64,000 bases of DNA from contig CM120642.1 in assembly GCA_051362555.1 (NCBI GenBank), positions 30,566,001 through 30,630,000 on the forward strand. Direction: 5' to 3'. The position numbers were made by a program, and so were the translations under genes. Below the pieces are notes generated by a model. That model saw nothing but the letters and a program-made list of their open reading frames with translations. It did not search any database and had not been told where the DNA came from. Positions 37,074 to 49,513 of this stretch are shown here, one piece after another (the stretch's first letter is position 1; each line of letters starts with the position of its first letter). This stretch comes from Lingula anatina (taxonomy: Eukaryota; Animalia; Brachiopoda).

Positions 37074-37585
37074 CATATCCTGTGACTTATCTGATCTAAG
37101 GAAACCAGAAAGTTATCTAAATAGCCCAGTGAGACTTTCTTTATTGTTGTGGATGAAACCAGTTTCAGAAAATAATTACTGTGTCCTACCATACCTGTGT
37201 TTAATTGAGACTATGTAAATCTTTGCATATCTACCTCACCTTTGTTTTATGGAGACGGAAAATTACTATGTAGCCGCCTTCGTCTACATTTAATGTTATA
37301 TATCCTGTCTGTATCTCTGTATTCTGTAAATTGTACGAATTATCTATTAAATTAAGTAGATGCTGCTGAGTGACAGGTAACCTGACCAATAGTAACCAGG
37401 AATGTCCTCAGTCAGTCATCCCCCCTCCCAAGGGATTTAAAAATTAGCAATGTTGAGAAGAAGTCAGTACAGGGTTAGCTCTGGAGCAGGAAGGTTGTCG
37501 TCTATATTGTAAAGCTAAGGCTCCTATGTACACTTACGCTAACAGAAATAAACCTGTATTATAACCAAAGTCGTGAGTTTGTTGA

Positions 37586-38780
37586 GAGGCACAGATAATT
37601 TCACTGATTTAATTAAATAAGTGATTGAATTTACTGAATTAAAACCAAATTTTGGTCTGAGGTTGATAATTTCTATGTATTTTCATTATTTGAGTGGAGA
37701 CATACCAGATCCCCAGCATACGAGCAGAGACATTTCCCCTGGACCATCATACATGTACATGTACAAATGTAAAACCTTGCTGTAATTCATTTTTTTTAAC
37801 GTTTTAATTAAAATTATATTATGGATATTGCATTATAAGGTAAATTCCATATTATTTGTGCTCATCGAATAGATATAACAGATTCAAGTCTCGCTATATA
37901 AAGCCGACTTGATGTAATGTTCAATATATCTAGTAAAATACAGTTATGTATTTGATGTATGTAATTTAAATGTTCAGATGTACATGTATAAGTATTTATA
38001 TAGTTTTCTTTCTTTCTTTCTTTCTTTCTTTAATTTATTTATTGTTTTCTTTCCTAGATTATGTACCTTGCTGACTTGATGATTTGTTGATACGCTGACT
38101 TGTCCATTTGCTGTACCGACATAAGAGATGTGAATTACAAAATGTTAACTGAACTGAACGTTGAAATAAAGCATGAGTTACATATATTCTCCACTGTCTC
38201 AACGATTTCACAACAGTACTGTTAAATTCTGTCTAATGACAGAGTGCCTACACTGAAGAGAAAAATCAACAATGTTTACCTCCAAAAGTTTTTGTAAAAC
38301 CATTCAATTTGCACATGGAATTTTTCATTAAAGTATCCACTTGAGAGGAGTGTTTTTGTCATACTTTTTATGTCATGGTGAAAATAACATTTCCAGAGTT
38401 CATAAATTCATTTTCTAGGAGGGTTCCTGATTTTTTTTATCAACCAACGAGGGAGGACCTGAAAAGAACTGATCTCATTGGGGATCGATTTTATTTTTAT
38501 TTATTTATTTATTGATTGATTGATTTTTTGGTGGGGGATCACAGGCATTTTCTCCTTAATTAATGACCGGTCCCTCAACTTCACATTTACCTCTACGCTG
38601 TGTGTCCCTAAGTTAATATAATATTTATTAAAATAAAATTGCTCAAAAAGGACCGTTAATTGTCGTTAATCGTACTAGTGAGGCACAGATAATTTCACTG
38701 ATTTAATTAAATAAGTGATTGAATTTACTGAATTAAAACCAAATTTTGGTCTGAGGTTGATAATTTTTTAGTATTTTCAT
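37586..38780. repeat. ~90-bp direct repeat pair (37586-37685 and 38680-38780)
   Basis: gaggcacagataatttcactgatttaattaaataagtgattgaatttactg... occurs twice. Confidence 0.85.
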
Positions 38781-39500
38781 AATTTTTATTTATTTATTTA
38801 TTGCCAAACTACCTCTGTCCACTTACAGCACGTAGGGATTATCCCATGATCACCCAGATGCATCCATTCCCACAGACCAGCTCTCTGACTTGACAGCCTG
38901 TTAGTGTAGGACACTGGGTCTGTCCAACTAGGCCCGGGGAGGGCACCATAAGCTGTCTATTGTATAAACGTTACCAATATTGTCAGGTAGATTTGATTTG
39001 ATTTTGGTGTGAAGATGCTCTTCAACCCATTATGTGTATCATTCGCCGAGATGACTGTTGATATGGACAACAGAATTTGAACTGTATTTTGTTGGTTCGG
39101 AAAAGCTTTCGACCCTGGCGGCGTCAGCACGTAATAAACCTACATATATGCAATCATCTTCTTGAGGGCGTTTTTATTTTCAACGGTACCTTCTGCGAAG
39201 AAATGTGAATCCCACATTCATGGTTTTGACAGGAAATCTTTTAACTTCTGGGCTTTTTAATCGTTTTATATTAGATGGATTCTAAGCATATTCATTTACG
39301 CAAAATAGCACTAGCAATTTCAGACTGAACATCCATTTCACCTAGTTCTCAAATCTATAGTACAGGAATCTGGATACATGTAATCCTACATCCAGATTCC
39401 GAGAGTCATTGTAGCAGCAGGGGGAAATATTCCATATAATTTCTACCCCCTTCCCTTCAATGATGAGTGACACCCTTGGCATTTCAACAGGTTCCTGAAA

Positions 39501-41120
39501 ATGTCTGTTGCGTTTAAGCGGTCTTTGCATTTACTTATTGTTTTCATTTTCGAGACATCGGTATCAGCAGAGGAGACAAGGTTGGGTAAGTGACTTAAAT
39601 TAACTTACAAAGAACAAATCTATGAAAAGCTTACTTAACGTGTTTCTAATTATTTTGCCTTGAAGAGGACTCCTCTGTGGTCTGAAGGTGGATAAGGTGT
39701 TGTAAATCTTAACACTTTTCAATCATGTTAATCGACGCTTTATAAAATTTCTACATACTGGTAAAATGTTAATGGGCCATGATCTTAATGCAGATATCAA
39801 ATACGTTTAAAGAACTCGATTAATGAAATAGAACATTTTGAACTAGACGATTGGCTTTCTTCATTGTATTATGCAACTCGTAACAGATTAAATCGGTTGA
39901 CCCATTTTACGCTGATTATGCGATACCAGTGGCGGATTTAGAGGGGTCCTGCCCCCCCCCCTTTCGATTTCCGGTCCCCTCTTTAAATTAAACTTTTGAC
40001 TAGCTGAATCTTAGTTCTAAACCGTACCAACTGGCACCGTTCGCCCTCTAAAATACCAAAAAATTTCAGGGCCCTTCAATAAATTTTCTCCTTAAGACTA
40101 GTACGTAGGCCTGTAAGTTTCTCAATTTCTATCCCCAATAGGCCTACGTAAAATCAACGGAAACCAAAGGAAACTTAACTTTCTTGCAAAAAAAAAGTTT
40201 CACACAAACGTTGAAGTATGCTGTATGCGAACGTAGATCTAACAGTTTGCCATTTATAACATTAATAACGTGTTTGATGAGTGGTCGAGAGTTGTCATAA
40301 AAATGATCAAAAATAAGGGTGCGACTTATTTTCATTGGATTTTATAAGTCGCGTTATGGTAAACCAAAGTTATATGATGTTTAACAAATCTATATATTAT
40401 CGTATTTATTATTATTATTATATCAGGCCCGTAGCCAGGGGGGTTCGGGGGGTTCGAAAGGACCGCCCTTTTTGTCAGAAAAAGGTCCATTCTGGGTACA
40501 ATTTGATCTAGGTACACAAGGTTCATTAAAAAAGGTCCACTTTTTCAGAAAAAAGAACCCCCCCTTTTGACTTTGCTGGCTACGGGCCTGTATATCGATC
40601 TGAGGAAAGAAGATTATCTTGGATCCTAGGTGTTCCCGGCTTTTTCCAGATGTTCCTCGTTCTCCTCGCCACGCGGCGCCACTGTCGACTTGCTGTCCGA
40701 ATGGATTCGTCACCCTGAACGGCGCGTGTTATTATTTTGAATTCGACCAAGACCGCCTGGCAGACTGGTATACAGCTCATACTCGCTGTGAAGCTATGGG
40801 TGCCTCCTTGGTCAGTCTGGAGTCTCAGGCAGAACACACGGCAATAAGGAACTTTTTGATAAAATGGGACGGTAAGGGAATTTATTTGTAATTTTATAAA
40901 ATAGAAATTGGTATATTGGTTTCCCGTCAGTAACTCATCTGACATATTTTTCTCTCTCGATAAACATCTTGTTTAACTTCTAATGCCAACGCTCGAGTAT
41001 TAATTTATTATTAAAAGAATTTTTAATTTTTTTACGTCAAAGTGGAACGTCGCCGTCCATATCCAAATTATTTACCATGTTGTTAAGTTGATTTATGTGT
41101 GTATATGTAAGCTTTTCAAC

Positions 41121-41158
<38 letters not shown>

Positions 41159-41541
41159 TTGTTTTTGTATTATTTATTTATTTATTATTTTGATTTTTGT
41201 ATTTTTGTGCTAATTTTGTTTGTTTACTAATTTCTAAAGTCAAAATATTTTTTAAATTATTATTCATGCTGACGTAAATTCGTATCCCTGCAGGTGCTTT
41301 TCCACTCCGCGGGTTTTGGACTAGTGGCAACGACCTCCTGAAAGCAGGCGAATGGGTGTGGACATCACCCTTGGCTCCCGTGGGCCCCTTCACGGCATGG
41401 GGCTTATGGGAACCCAACTACGGAGATGAGCGTTGCTTGAGCGTTTACAAACCTGTCGATGGTCGGTATCTTTACGAGTGGAATAATTCAAATTGTCTCA
41501 CGAAGAACCAATATATTTGTGAATATCATCTTCGGTCTTAA
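39501..41541 (+). CDS. Secreted single-CRD C-type lectin A (perlucin-like; EPN/WNN; ~184 aa)
   Basis: Exons 39501-39585 (signal MSVAFKRSLHLLIVFIFETSVSA), 40650-40871 and 41294-41541, with both introns in phase 1; CPNGF..CYYF, FWTSGND, WEPN, WNNSNC..YICE. Confidence 0.88.
40424..40590. mobile_element. MITE with 15-bp TIR CAGGCCCGTAGCCAG (copy 1)
   Basis: TIRs seen directly; TATAT on both flanks; closely related copy at 52072-52233. Confidence 0.85.
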
Positions 41542-42202
41542 GTCGCTTGAATAACGCCACGAAAAGCTAAATTAGGACAATATACGGGTATAGGCTTTTG
41601 TTTCATTTGCGTGCTTTAAAATATTAAAATATGCACTTGAAAAAATTAAAATTATTGCAAATATCACACCATGATGTTTAAATGTTATGGTACTTCAAAT
41701 ATGTAACTGACAAGCATGTTTATCCATTTTACCAAATAAAATACAGGCTAATGAGAGACTGCAGAACATATGGACTAGTATTCATCTTCTGATATATCGA
41801 CATGACTGCCCTTGAGCATCATATGCGCTTGCATATTTTATCTGAATTATAGATGAAAATTGGTCTAAAAGCCATTCCATCTTCAAGATGCGATATAGCC
41901 ACGAGTCGCACATTGAGCAAATAAAAATAAGCTCTGAATGAATTTAAAAAACTCAGAAATGCTTTGAATGTCATGTTTTGTTAATGAAGTCATTCAGTAT
42001 TCTTCAAAACCACTCAAATGAGTTACAACATAATGTCATGCTCATCTCAATCAAATGTATTACAAGTTTTTTTACACTTAAACTTTTCTAATATTAACAC
42101 CACTGTGAAATTAACGTCCAAAATCATCACAGTTTAAAAATAAACCAACATTTTCACATCACAAAATTGGTCGGGCCATTCAAAGTCGTGGAATACAAGA
42201 AC

Positions 42203-43478
42203 TTAACGTCCAAACACATCCGAGTCGTCATTCTGTTCACAAATAAAACTATTTTTGACGTCACAAGTTTGGTCGTCCCATTCAAAGTTGTGGTAGTGTA
42301 AGCAGTGCTGTGGGCCCCCGCTGGGCTGTCCTTTGGCCCAGGCTGTGAAAGGGCCCACGGGCTGAAGGGTGGACGCCCATTCGTACCTTCCGTTGCGGAC
42401 AATATCGTTACCGCTTGTCCAGAAATCCAGTTTAGAGAAGGCGCCTAGAGAGGTAAAATGGTCTTTGAATGATAATTGTTAAAGTACCTGAACATACAGA
42501 TAACAATAGACTTTCAAAACAGGAGAACCTCATTTAATGGCATAATATTCATACAAGAACTGACGGATTTGGGAAGATATAACAAATGGGAGGTATCTGG
42601 ACAAAAAGTATGTCCATATTGTGTTTTTTTTTAATTTGTCAAATCGAAACTTAAATGCATCACCTTGTATAAATCATGGCTTTATATTTCATCGGTTTCC
42701 ATTTGTAAAGAAACATATACTCGATATTTTTAAAAGGTAGATTAATCTTAACAGTTGTTAACGAGACAATGTTATTTAAATTACGAATTTAATGTTGATT
42801 TCGATGCTTTTTCAGTATCAAATATAAAAGTTTTATTTTATTTAAATACGCTCAAAAGTATTTTAGCGTTTATAAGAGCAATTTTGATGTTCAGTAAGAA
42901 TTTTGGCCATTTCTCATTTTCACCCGTTTTCTATTATGATAAAATTTGACTCATTTCTCATTCAACTTGGCAGTGTACTTACCTCGATACTGCTTCATGT
43001 GGGACAAAATTGCGGCATTTTCGTCCTGACTCTCCACGCTCACGAGTTTGGCGCCAAAATTTTGACAGTAACTTTGCGCCTCCGTCCAAGTGGAGAGGTG
43101 GACGCCGTCAAAATAATAACAACCGTTGTTCAGTTTTGTGAATCCATGGCGGCAGATTACACCTGGAAACCAAAACAGCATACCATCGTGTATTACAAAA
43201 TAAAAAAATTCGTAACATCTATTAAAGACATGTAGCCATGAGCAACCAAAAGCTGATGGTTACTTATTCCAAAAATATTGAGATTAAAATTACATCAAAC
43301 TACTTTATACCATGACTCAGAGCATAATGGTAAAATAAACGATTAATTAAATCAAAATTAAAAGACACGATTAATTTAATTAGCATTAGAAGATCGTCGT
43401 AATAAGCGTCCTACCTGCGACCAGGCATTGTCCCAATAGTGCTGAGGCTATGGCAACGAGAAGGCTAGTCAGACCCAT
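42203..43478 (-). CDS. Secreted C-type lectin B (QPS/WDD; ~161 aa)
   Basis: Exons 43415-43478 (MGLTSLLVAIASALLGQCLVA), 42983-43162 and 42203-42444; phase-1 introns; FWTSGND...GQPS...WDDQTC..FICE. Confidence 0.9.
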
Positions 43479-43944
43479 CACAATACACTCCTGAATATAC
43501 TGACCATGCCAATTATTTCTATATTCAGCCTAAATGACATTTTAAAGCAATGGTTTTGATTATATAAACAGACTGAGAACCAACCAAATGGTCATTTGAT
43601 TTTTCGTGACTTGGGAAGGATCTGCTCGTAACCTTTTAAACTGTCCAGTTGACCTTAAGGCACGATTTGGTAGACAGTTTAATCTTTATTCCCAACACGG
43701 GGTTGGTAAAGATATTTGCTGATACTTCATCATAGAAGTATGTTTGTGTGCGTATGCATGAGAGAGAGAGAGAGAGAGAGTGAGTGAGAGAGAGATTGTA
43801 TAAATCAGCATGCTAATTACAGCAGTTTCAAGACTTGGGTAAGAGCTCCTATTATTTGGATGTACCAATAAGAGCCTAGTGAAAAATCGATCGTTAGAGA
43901 TTGTAATTCTTTAGACACAATCACACACGCTCCTGCACGCTCGT

Positions 43945-43981
<37 letters not shown>

Positions 43982-44170
43982 CTTTTTTTTAATTCTACTA
44001 CAAAATATACACCAGAGAGTAGATCTTTTCGAGCAGAATATATTTTTCTGATTCAAAAAGTCGCAAGAAAGCAAGATTCTTAGACCAATATAAGAAGCAT
44101 ACTAGTAATTCTCGTTAACACTCAACGGGAATTTAAAATGTTAATACTGGAATTATAAGGAACGGCAAAA

Positions 44171-44964
44171 TCAACGGCCTATAATCATCGGCTCGGCACT
44201 CTGCTCACAAATAAAATACAGCTTCGACGCGCAGTTCCCGTCGTACCATCTGTACGGGATGTGGTTTGCGTTGTCGCCAGCGTAATACAAACAATGTTGC
44301 TGCCCGCCCTGGCCAGAATTGGGTTCTCCCCTTTCCCAGGCGGTAAATGAGCCAACCACTTGCAGTGTGGACGCCCACATCCATCTCCCAGGATGAACAA
44401 TGTCATTGCCACTTGTCCAAAAATGTCTTAACGGAAAAGAACCTTGAAAAAATTTAAGTTCGAAGTTCGAGGATAAATTTTTGTATGAAATTAAAGTTAA
44501 TAAAGCAATATGCGTTCATTATTTTGGCAGAAAATGGGTGTCCCAGGTTATCATAAAGCAGCAATGATTCATGGCAACATAATTGCAAATATATTTACCC
44601 TCATATTTCATTATGTATGCCCCGATGTCGTGGTGCTCTTCTTTGGTTTCCACGCTCAGAAGCTTGGATCCCAGATTAAGGCAGTACATTTGGGCTTCTG
44701 GCCAAGATGTCGTATGCGCGTTGTCAAAGTAATAGCAGCCCTTGCCCAGTTTAGTAAAACCATGGCGACAGATTACTCCTAAAGTACGATTCGAGTAATG
44801 TGATAGCTGTTACGATGTATACTAGTGCTTGGATATTTTCAGTTAAAGACTACAAGAATTTATTTGTTGACTGATATACTGAACCTACCTGTGTCCGTTG
44901 ACACTGCTGTAAAAAAGCCGCCAAATGCTATGAGTAGAAACGAATGAAAGAGTACACTAAACAT
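44171..44964 (-). CDS. Secreted C-type lectin C (EPN/WYD; ~175 aa)
   Basis: Exons 44889-44964 (MFSVLFHSFLLIAFGGFFTAVST), 44599-44778 and 44171-44442; all in frame. Confidence 0.9.
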
Positions 44965-45788
44965 CGTGAAAATGCAGGTTGTCGTATTTCACACGAGTAT
45001 TTCTGAAAAGGTATTTTATTTTTAGCAATCTGTAGCTTAACCTTGCACGTCCTTATCTTCTGTTTCACCTTATCAGCCGAAGAAACACCGAATTATAAGG
45101 ACAAGCCACAATATGACGTAAACACGCATATTCCATGGTGTAGAAAAAAAATCTAAATGTGTATTTTTAATTATTTTAGAACCTTTTCAAAATGTTTCTC
45201 TTTACTCTTCACTTCAAATTCCAAGTTTTTATACATTTGTCACTTCAGACCCCTTAAAAATCACTTCACTCATTTGAATTTCGTAAAGAACCACTACAGT
45301 GAAGGTCTACCCAGGCCGATTTCACGACAGGTAACATTTATTCCCATGATACGTTGACTGAAAACTAGGACGCAATATCCCGTCTAAATTTGAACTAAAA
45401 ATGATCCCTTTGATCAATATACCAGACACAAAATTTATTTAACTCCTTTATTCCGTTCGAATAAAAGTAAATCATTTGATTGATTAAATGGCAATTTCAC
45501 AAAGTTCTATTTTAGTGACTAAACACCCTTCTTATATTTCACAATTCAGATCTTAAAATCCATCAAAAATGTCTGAAATAAAAGTGCGTGTAGTTTAGAT
45601 TTTTTCTGAAATGTCAATGGCGGTATAACTGAAGTAAAATTAATTAGGAACTACATTATATAATCAGAAAAAGTACGAAACACCGAATCGATGTGCATGG
45701 ACGAGTTGAGTACTGATTCTACTTTCTACAAGGGAAATAAGATTTGTTGCTAAAGTGACGTATTAGATATAACATCAACGCTTAACCT

Positions 45789-46834
45789 TTAAAACCCAAT
45801 GACGAGTGGGTTTGCATGCTGCTGCTCGCAGATAAAATTGATTTTCTCGCCACAGCTAAGATTATCCCAGTAGTACACAGGGCTTCCGCGTGCGAAGTAT
45901 TGTATACAGTGCTGGTTAGGCTTGCTGGGTTGCCCTGTCGCCCAGGCAGTAAACGGTCCGATAGGTGTCAGTGTAGACGCCCATTCCCAGTGGTCGTGGT
46001 GCACGATGTCGTTACCACTGGTCCATAAACCTCCCAACCGAAAAGCACCTGGAATGACACACATTCCGTATGGCGATGCTATGAAAATAGCTCTTCAAAC
46101 TTAAAGCCCTGAAACTGCCTGATTGATAATGATATCGGTAATTGACTGTGTTTAATCCGTTTTTATTAAAATATCTTATCCCCAAAATGTTTTAACTAGA
46201 AACGGGATCTGCAATGGCATGGCTTTCCTCCGTTTAACGTGGGTTTTTGATACGAATAATATTAGAGAAATTGGAAGAGCACCTACCTGAATACTTCATA
46301 ATATGCGACCTGATAGCTTCATGTTCTTCAGCAGACTCCACGCTCACAAGTTTAGCACCAAAATTCAGGCAATAATTTTGTGCCTCTGTCCAGGTAGCAG
46401 GGTGAGTGTTCTCAAATAGATAACAACCCTCATTAAGCCTGATAAAGCCATGGCGGCATGTATAACCAGAACTTATACTAGCGCCTGTAATAAATACGAA
46501 GTAAACCGTATCAGAACGGTATTGCTTGGCAATAGTCAGCACGCATAAGTGAAGTAAAACATTCACAAACGTTCGCGAATCTCAAATCAATTTGTTATTC
46601 GTTTTTAAAAACAAAACAGAAGTAGTCTACATTTACTGTGATAGGACTACTGTGCAAGGACGTACTTTCTTTTAAAATTTGCATTACTTACGTGCATTGA
46701 TACATTGAAAGGAAATGATCCCCCGCGTAATTCAAAGTCATAAGAATACAAAGCAACAGTTGGTCTCTACCTTTCAGTAGTGCGTGTTCCTGCAATATCA
46801 TGGCAATGATGATCAAAATACATTGTCGAAACAT
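45789..46834 (-). CDS. Secreted C-type lectin D (QPS/WDN; ~173 aa)
   Basis: Exons 46771-46834 (MFRQCILIIIAMILQEHALLK), 46287-46484 and 45789-46048. Confidence 0.9.
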
Positions 46835-47995
46835 TCTTTAATCCGTAGTTAAAATGCTCAGTTAGAACAGCTTGTCAAAAATGACTGGGAACTTAAACAC
46901 TTGGGCACCTTATATCGTATGTGTATTTTATCTTGTCACGGCATAGGCCGCGTTCAGAACAGTGCACTAACCAGTCTGAGGGTCAAATATGGCCACCCAC
47001 TACAAAGCTTGCCGTCTAGTCCTCTTATAGACACTGAATAGATTCCCCGTGGGAAGTATTCAAGTGGGTCAGCCATATTTGACCCTCGGACTAGTGAGTT
47101 CACTGTTCTGAATGCGGTCGTATACTCATTTAATTCGTTCATGGTGATATGATAGAAGCATGTCATCCAGGGAAAATATAGTTCTACTAAAATGTGAAAA
47201 AAAGTTTTTTTAAAAAACTCATTGATTAACTACCTACAGTACATCACAGACAAAAAACCGAGAGAGAAAATTTTATTGATGGACTGTATAATTAGTTAAT
47301 TATTTTATTGTATTTTTAATGTTTATGCTTTTTATGCAGACAGCAAAAATATAGCAGCTACTATACGATGCATCGTACTGATGTCTACGGACTGGTATGG
47401 TCCGGTGCTGCTGAGTAAAGCAAATAAAGTAAAGTATACACAGAGTAGAGTGGAATTGAGCAGAGCAAAGAAGCATCTCCTTTTTTTGATACAAAAATAA
47501 ATAAATAAAAAAACAGAATTTCATAACGGCACTATTTAAGACAAACTCGAATATTGTCCTCCTTGAAATAATATATTATTAACCAGATACCTTCCCTCAT
47601 GTACGTCAGTCCAGCAAGAGTGAGGTCAGCTTCAACAAAATAGTTTTAATGTAAAATTAATCTCAACTTGTAGTTGGGCAGTTTTGTAATCATTCATAAA
47701 AAGCAATAAAGCGATGCCTAGCACTAACATTCATCTGCTCTGGTAGTGCTGGTTAATTTGTGATTTATGTGGTTAAATGGGTGTTAGTGCTAAAAACTCT
47801 GCGTTTGTTAACGCCTAATCCTTTTATAAGGCCCTAGTTAGATCTAAAATAGCAGTTGTTAACGTAAATAAGAATCTTTGGTCGTTTTTTTTAAGTGGAT
47901 TTGTAATGGAACGAAGTGCACTAATATTTTGCGTGTAATTGTTATGTCTAAGTCCTTTCGTGGAACAAACATCTGTTTTTTTAAACTTAGTTGGA

Positions 47996-48006
47996 GGGGA
48001 TTCCCC
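47996..48006. promoter_or_regulatory. Candidate NF-kB/Rel site GGGGATTCCCC
   Basis: Matches GGGRNWYYCC on both strands; lies in the divergent interval between lectin D and the TIR gene. Confidence 0.3.
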
Positions 48007-48400
48007 TTTCTCATAGATACGCTGCATGCACTTCACCCCAGAGGTGTTTTTGCGGTCTCCTGAATCGGACCCCTTGTAGAGCGGCACGGCCAAGAATTGG
48101 GTCACTTTTTTTAACAACTTGCTTTTTAACAACAACTCTCTTGTATATCTTCAAGGTAAGTGAGATACGTTGTTTGCCATAAGGTTGTGTTATTCAAGTA
48201 CGTGTATAGTGCCTCATTTCTGCTGGTAAACAGTTGGTAGCACATGTTGCAGCTAGCGAATGCCCAAAGAGAGAGATCGATATACGACTCTTATACCACG
48301 CCAGCATGAAAAACGTGACTGATGCATCTTTATGTTACTGAAAGAATACACGTATATTCACCGTTATGACTACCCACGTGAACCTTAAGAGCAACAGCGA

Positions 48401-48431
<31 letters not shown>

Positions 48432-49513
48432 CTAAAATTTTTAATTCGATTCAATTGAAAAACAAAGATTAGAAAGACGGCAATGGGCGTGACGACCTTC
48501 GTAATCTCACGGATTACAACTGCAAGTCTTATGAGGGCAACTGCAGTGGAGATATAATAATTATACGCAACAGACCAACTACCTGATAACTTGAATGAGT
48601 CATACTAATAGAACGTTCTGTTGTCCAAGGTTATACTAACAAATAACCAGCCACGTATAATCGTGAATACATAACAAGGGCGCTGATGACTCATATAGTA
48701 AAAAAAATAAATAGCTGGCCTTGATTTTTATTCATTAGAGTTCGAGAATCATTTAAGAATTGACAAAAAAAGGTTTGTTTTGGAATTTGATAGTTAAGAC
48801 TAAATCATCGTAGCATACTATTCCGTTTTATAGCATAAATCAGCAGCAATATCAGTTCAAGCCGATGGCCTAATCCCAAGGCTCAAGTTACACTATCTCC
48901 GTGTGCCGTGTGATAAAGACTGGATAAAGCCGTATACAATTTTTTATGATTATTTCGGCACCCTCAGTGGATACGGTCTACGAGCTACGACGTGTGTGTT
49001 TACATTACACACGATTCGATCGCGCCATTGAATGATCGTACATGACCTTAGAGTCAGTTTGGAAGAAACCTGTTCGTGGGCTTAAGAATGACGGAACCCT
49101 TTCATTTTTTTCAGTTCGGCTTACGTGTTTAATTTTGTTATACTTTCACCGCCATACATGTACTACCTTGATGTGAACCGAAAATCTTGTTTTGCTGCAC
49201 GATAGGCGCAAGGCCTTCGAATAATGCTCCCAAACTGCGCATTTATTGTGGACATACACCATAAATAATCATTGGCAATTTACAAAAGATTTACATTTGT
49301 GGTTGTAAAATGAACATCAGAAATATAGATGTGGACTTTTCATCAGCTTTGTGTCATAGTGAAAGTTTTGATAACGCATTGATTTCTGTTAATCAGTGGC
49401 ATAAATTTTCACGTGCACGTAGTTTGCTATTGGTTTTCTGTAAGTCTAAGCTTTATTTCAGTGAATCGCAGCCCATACGTTTGAAAGTGACCGTCAGCTA
49501 ACGAAATCACTAA

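Noticed and set aside
39040-39120. LINE RT fragment (FGKAFD-like)
   Set aside because: Too short and degenerate to support without a search.
40650-40690. Apparent frameshifted signal peptide MFLVLLAT in lectin A
   Set aside because: A proper phase-1 signal exon at 39501-39585 splices in frame to 40650, so no frameshift is needed.
44599-44778. Possible pseudogenisation of lectin C (exon 2 absent from the ORF track)
   Set aside because: Manual translation shows an open 180-nt exon with correct phases.
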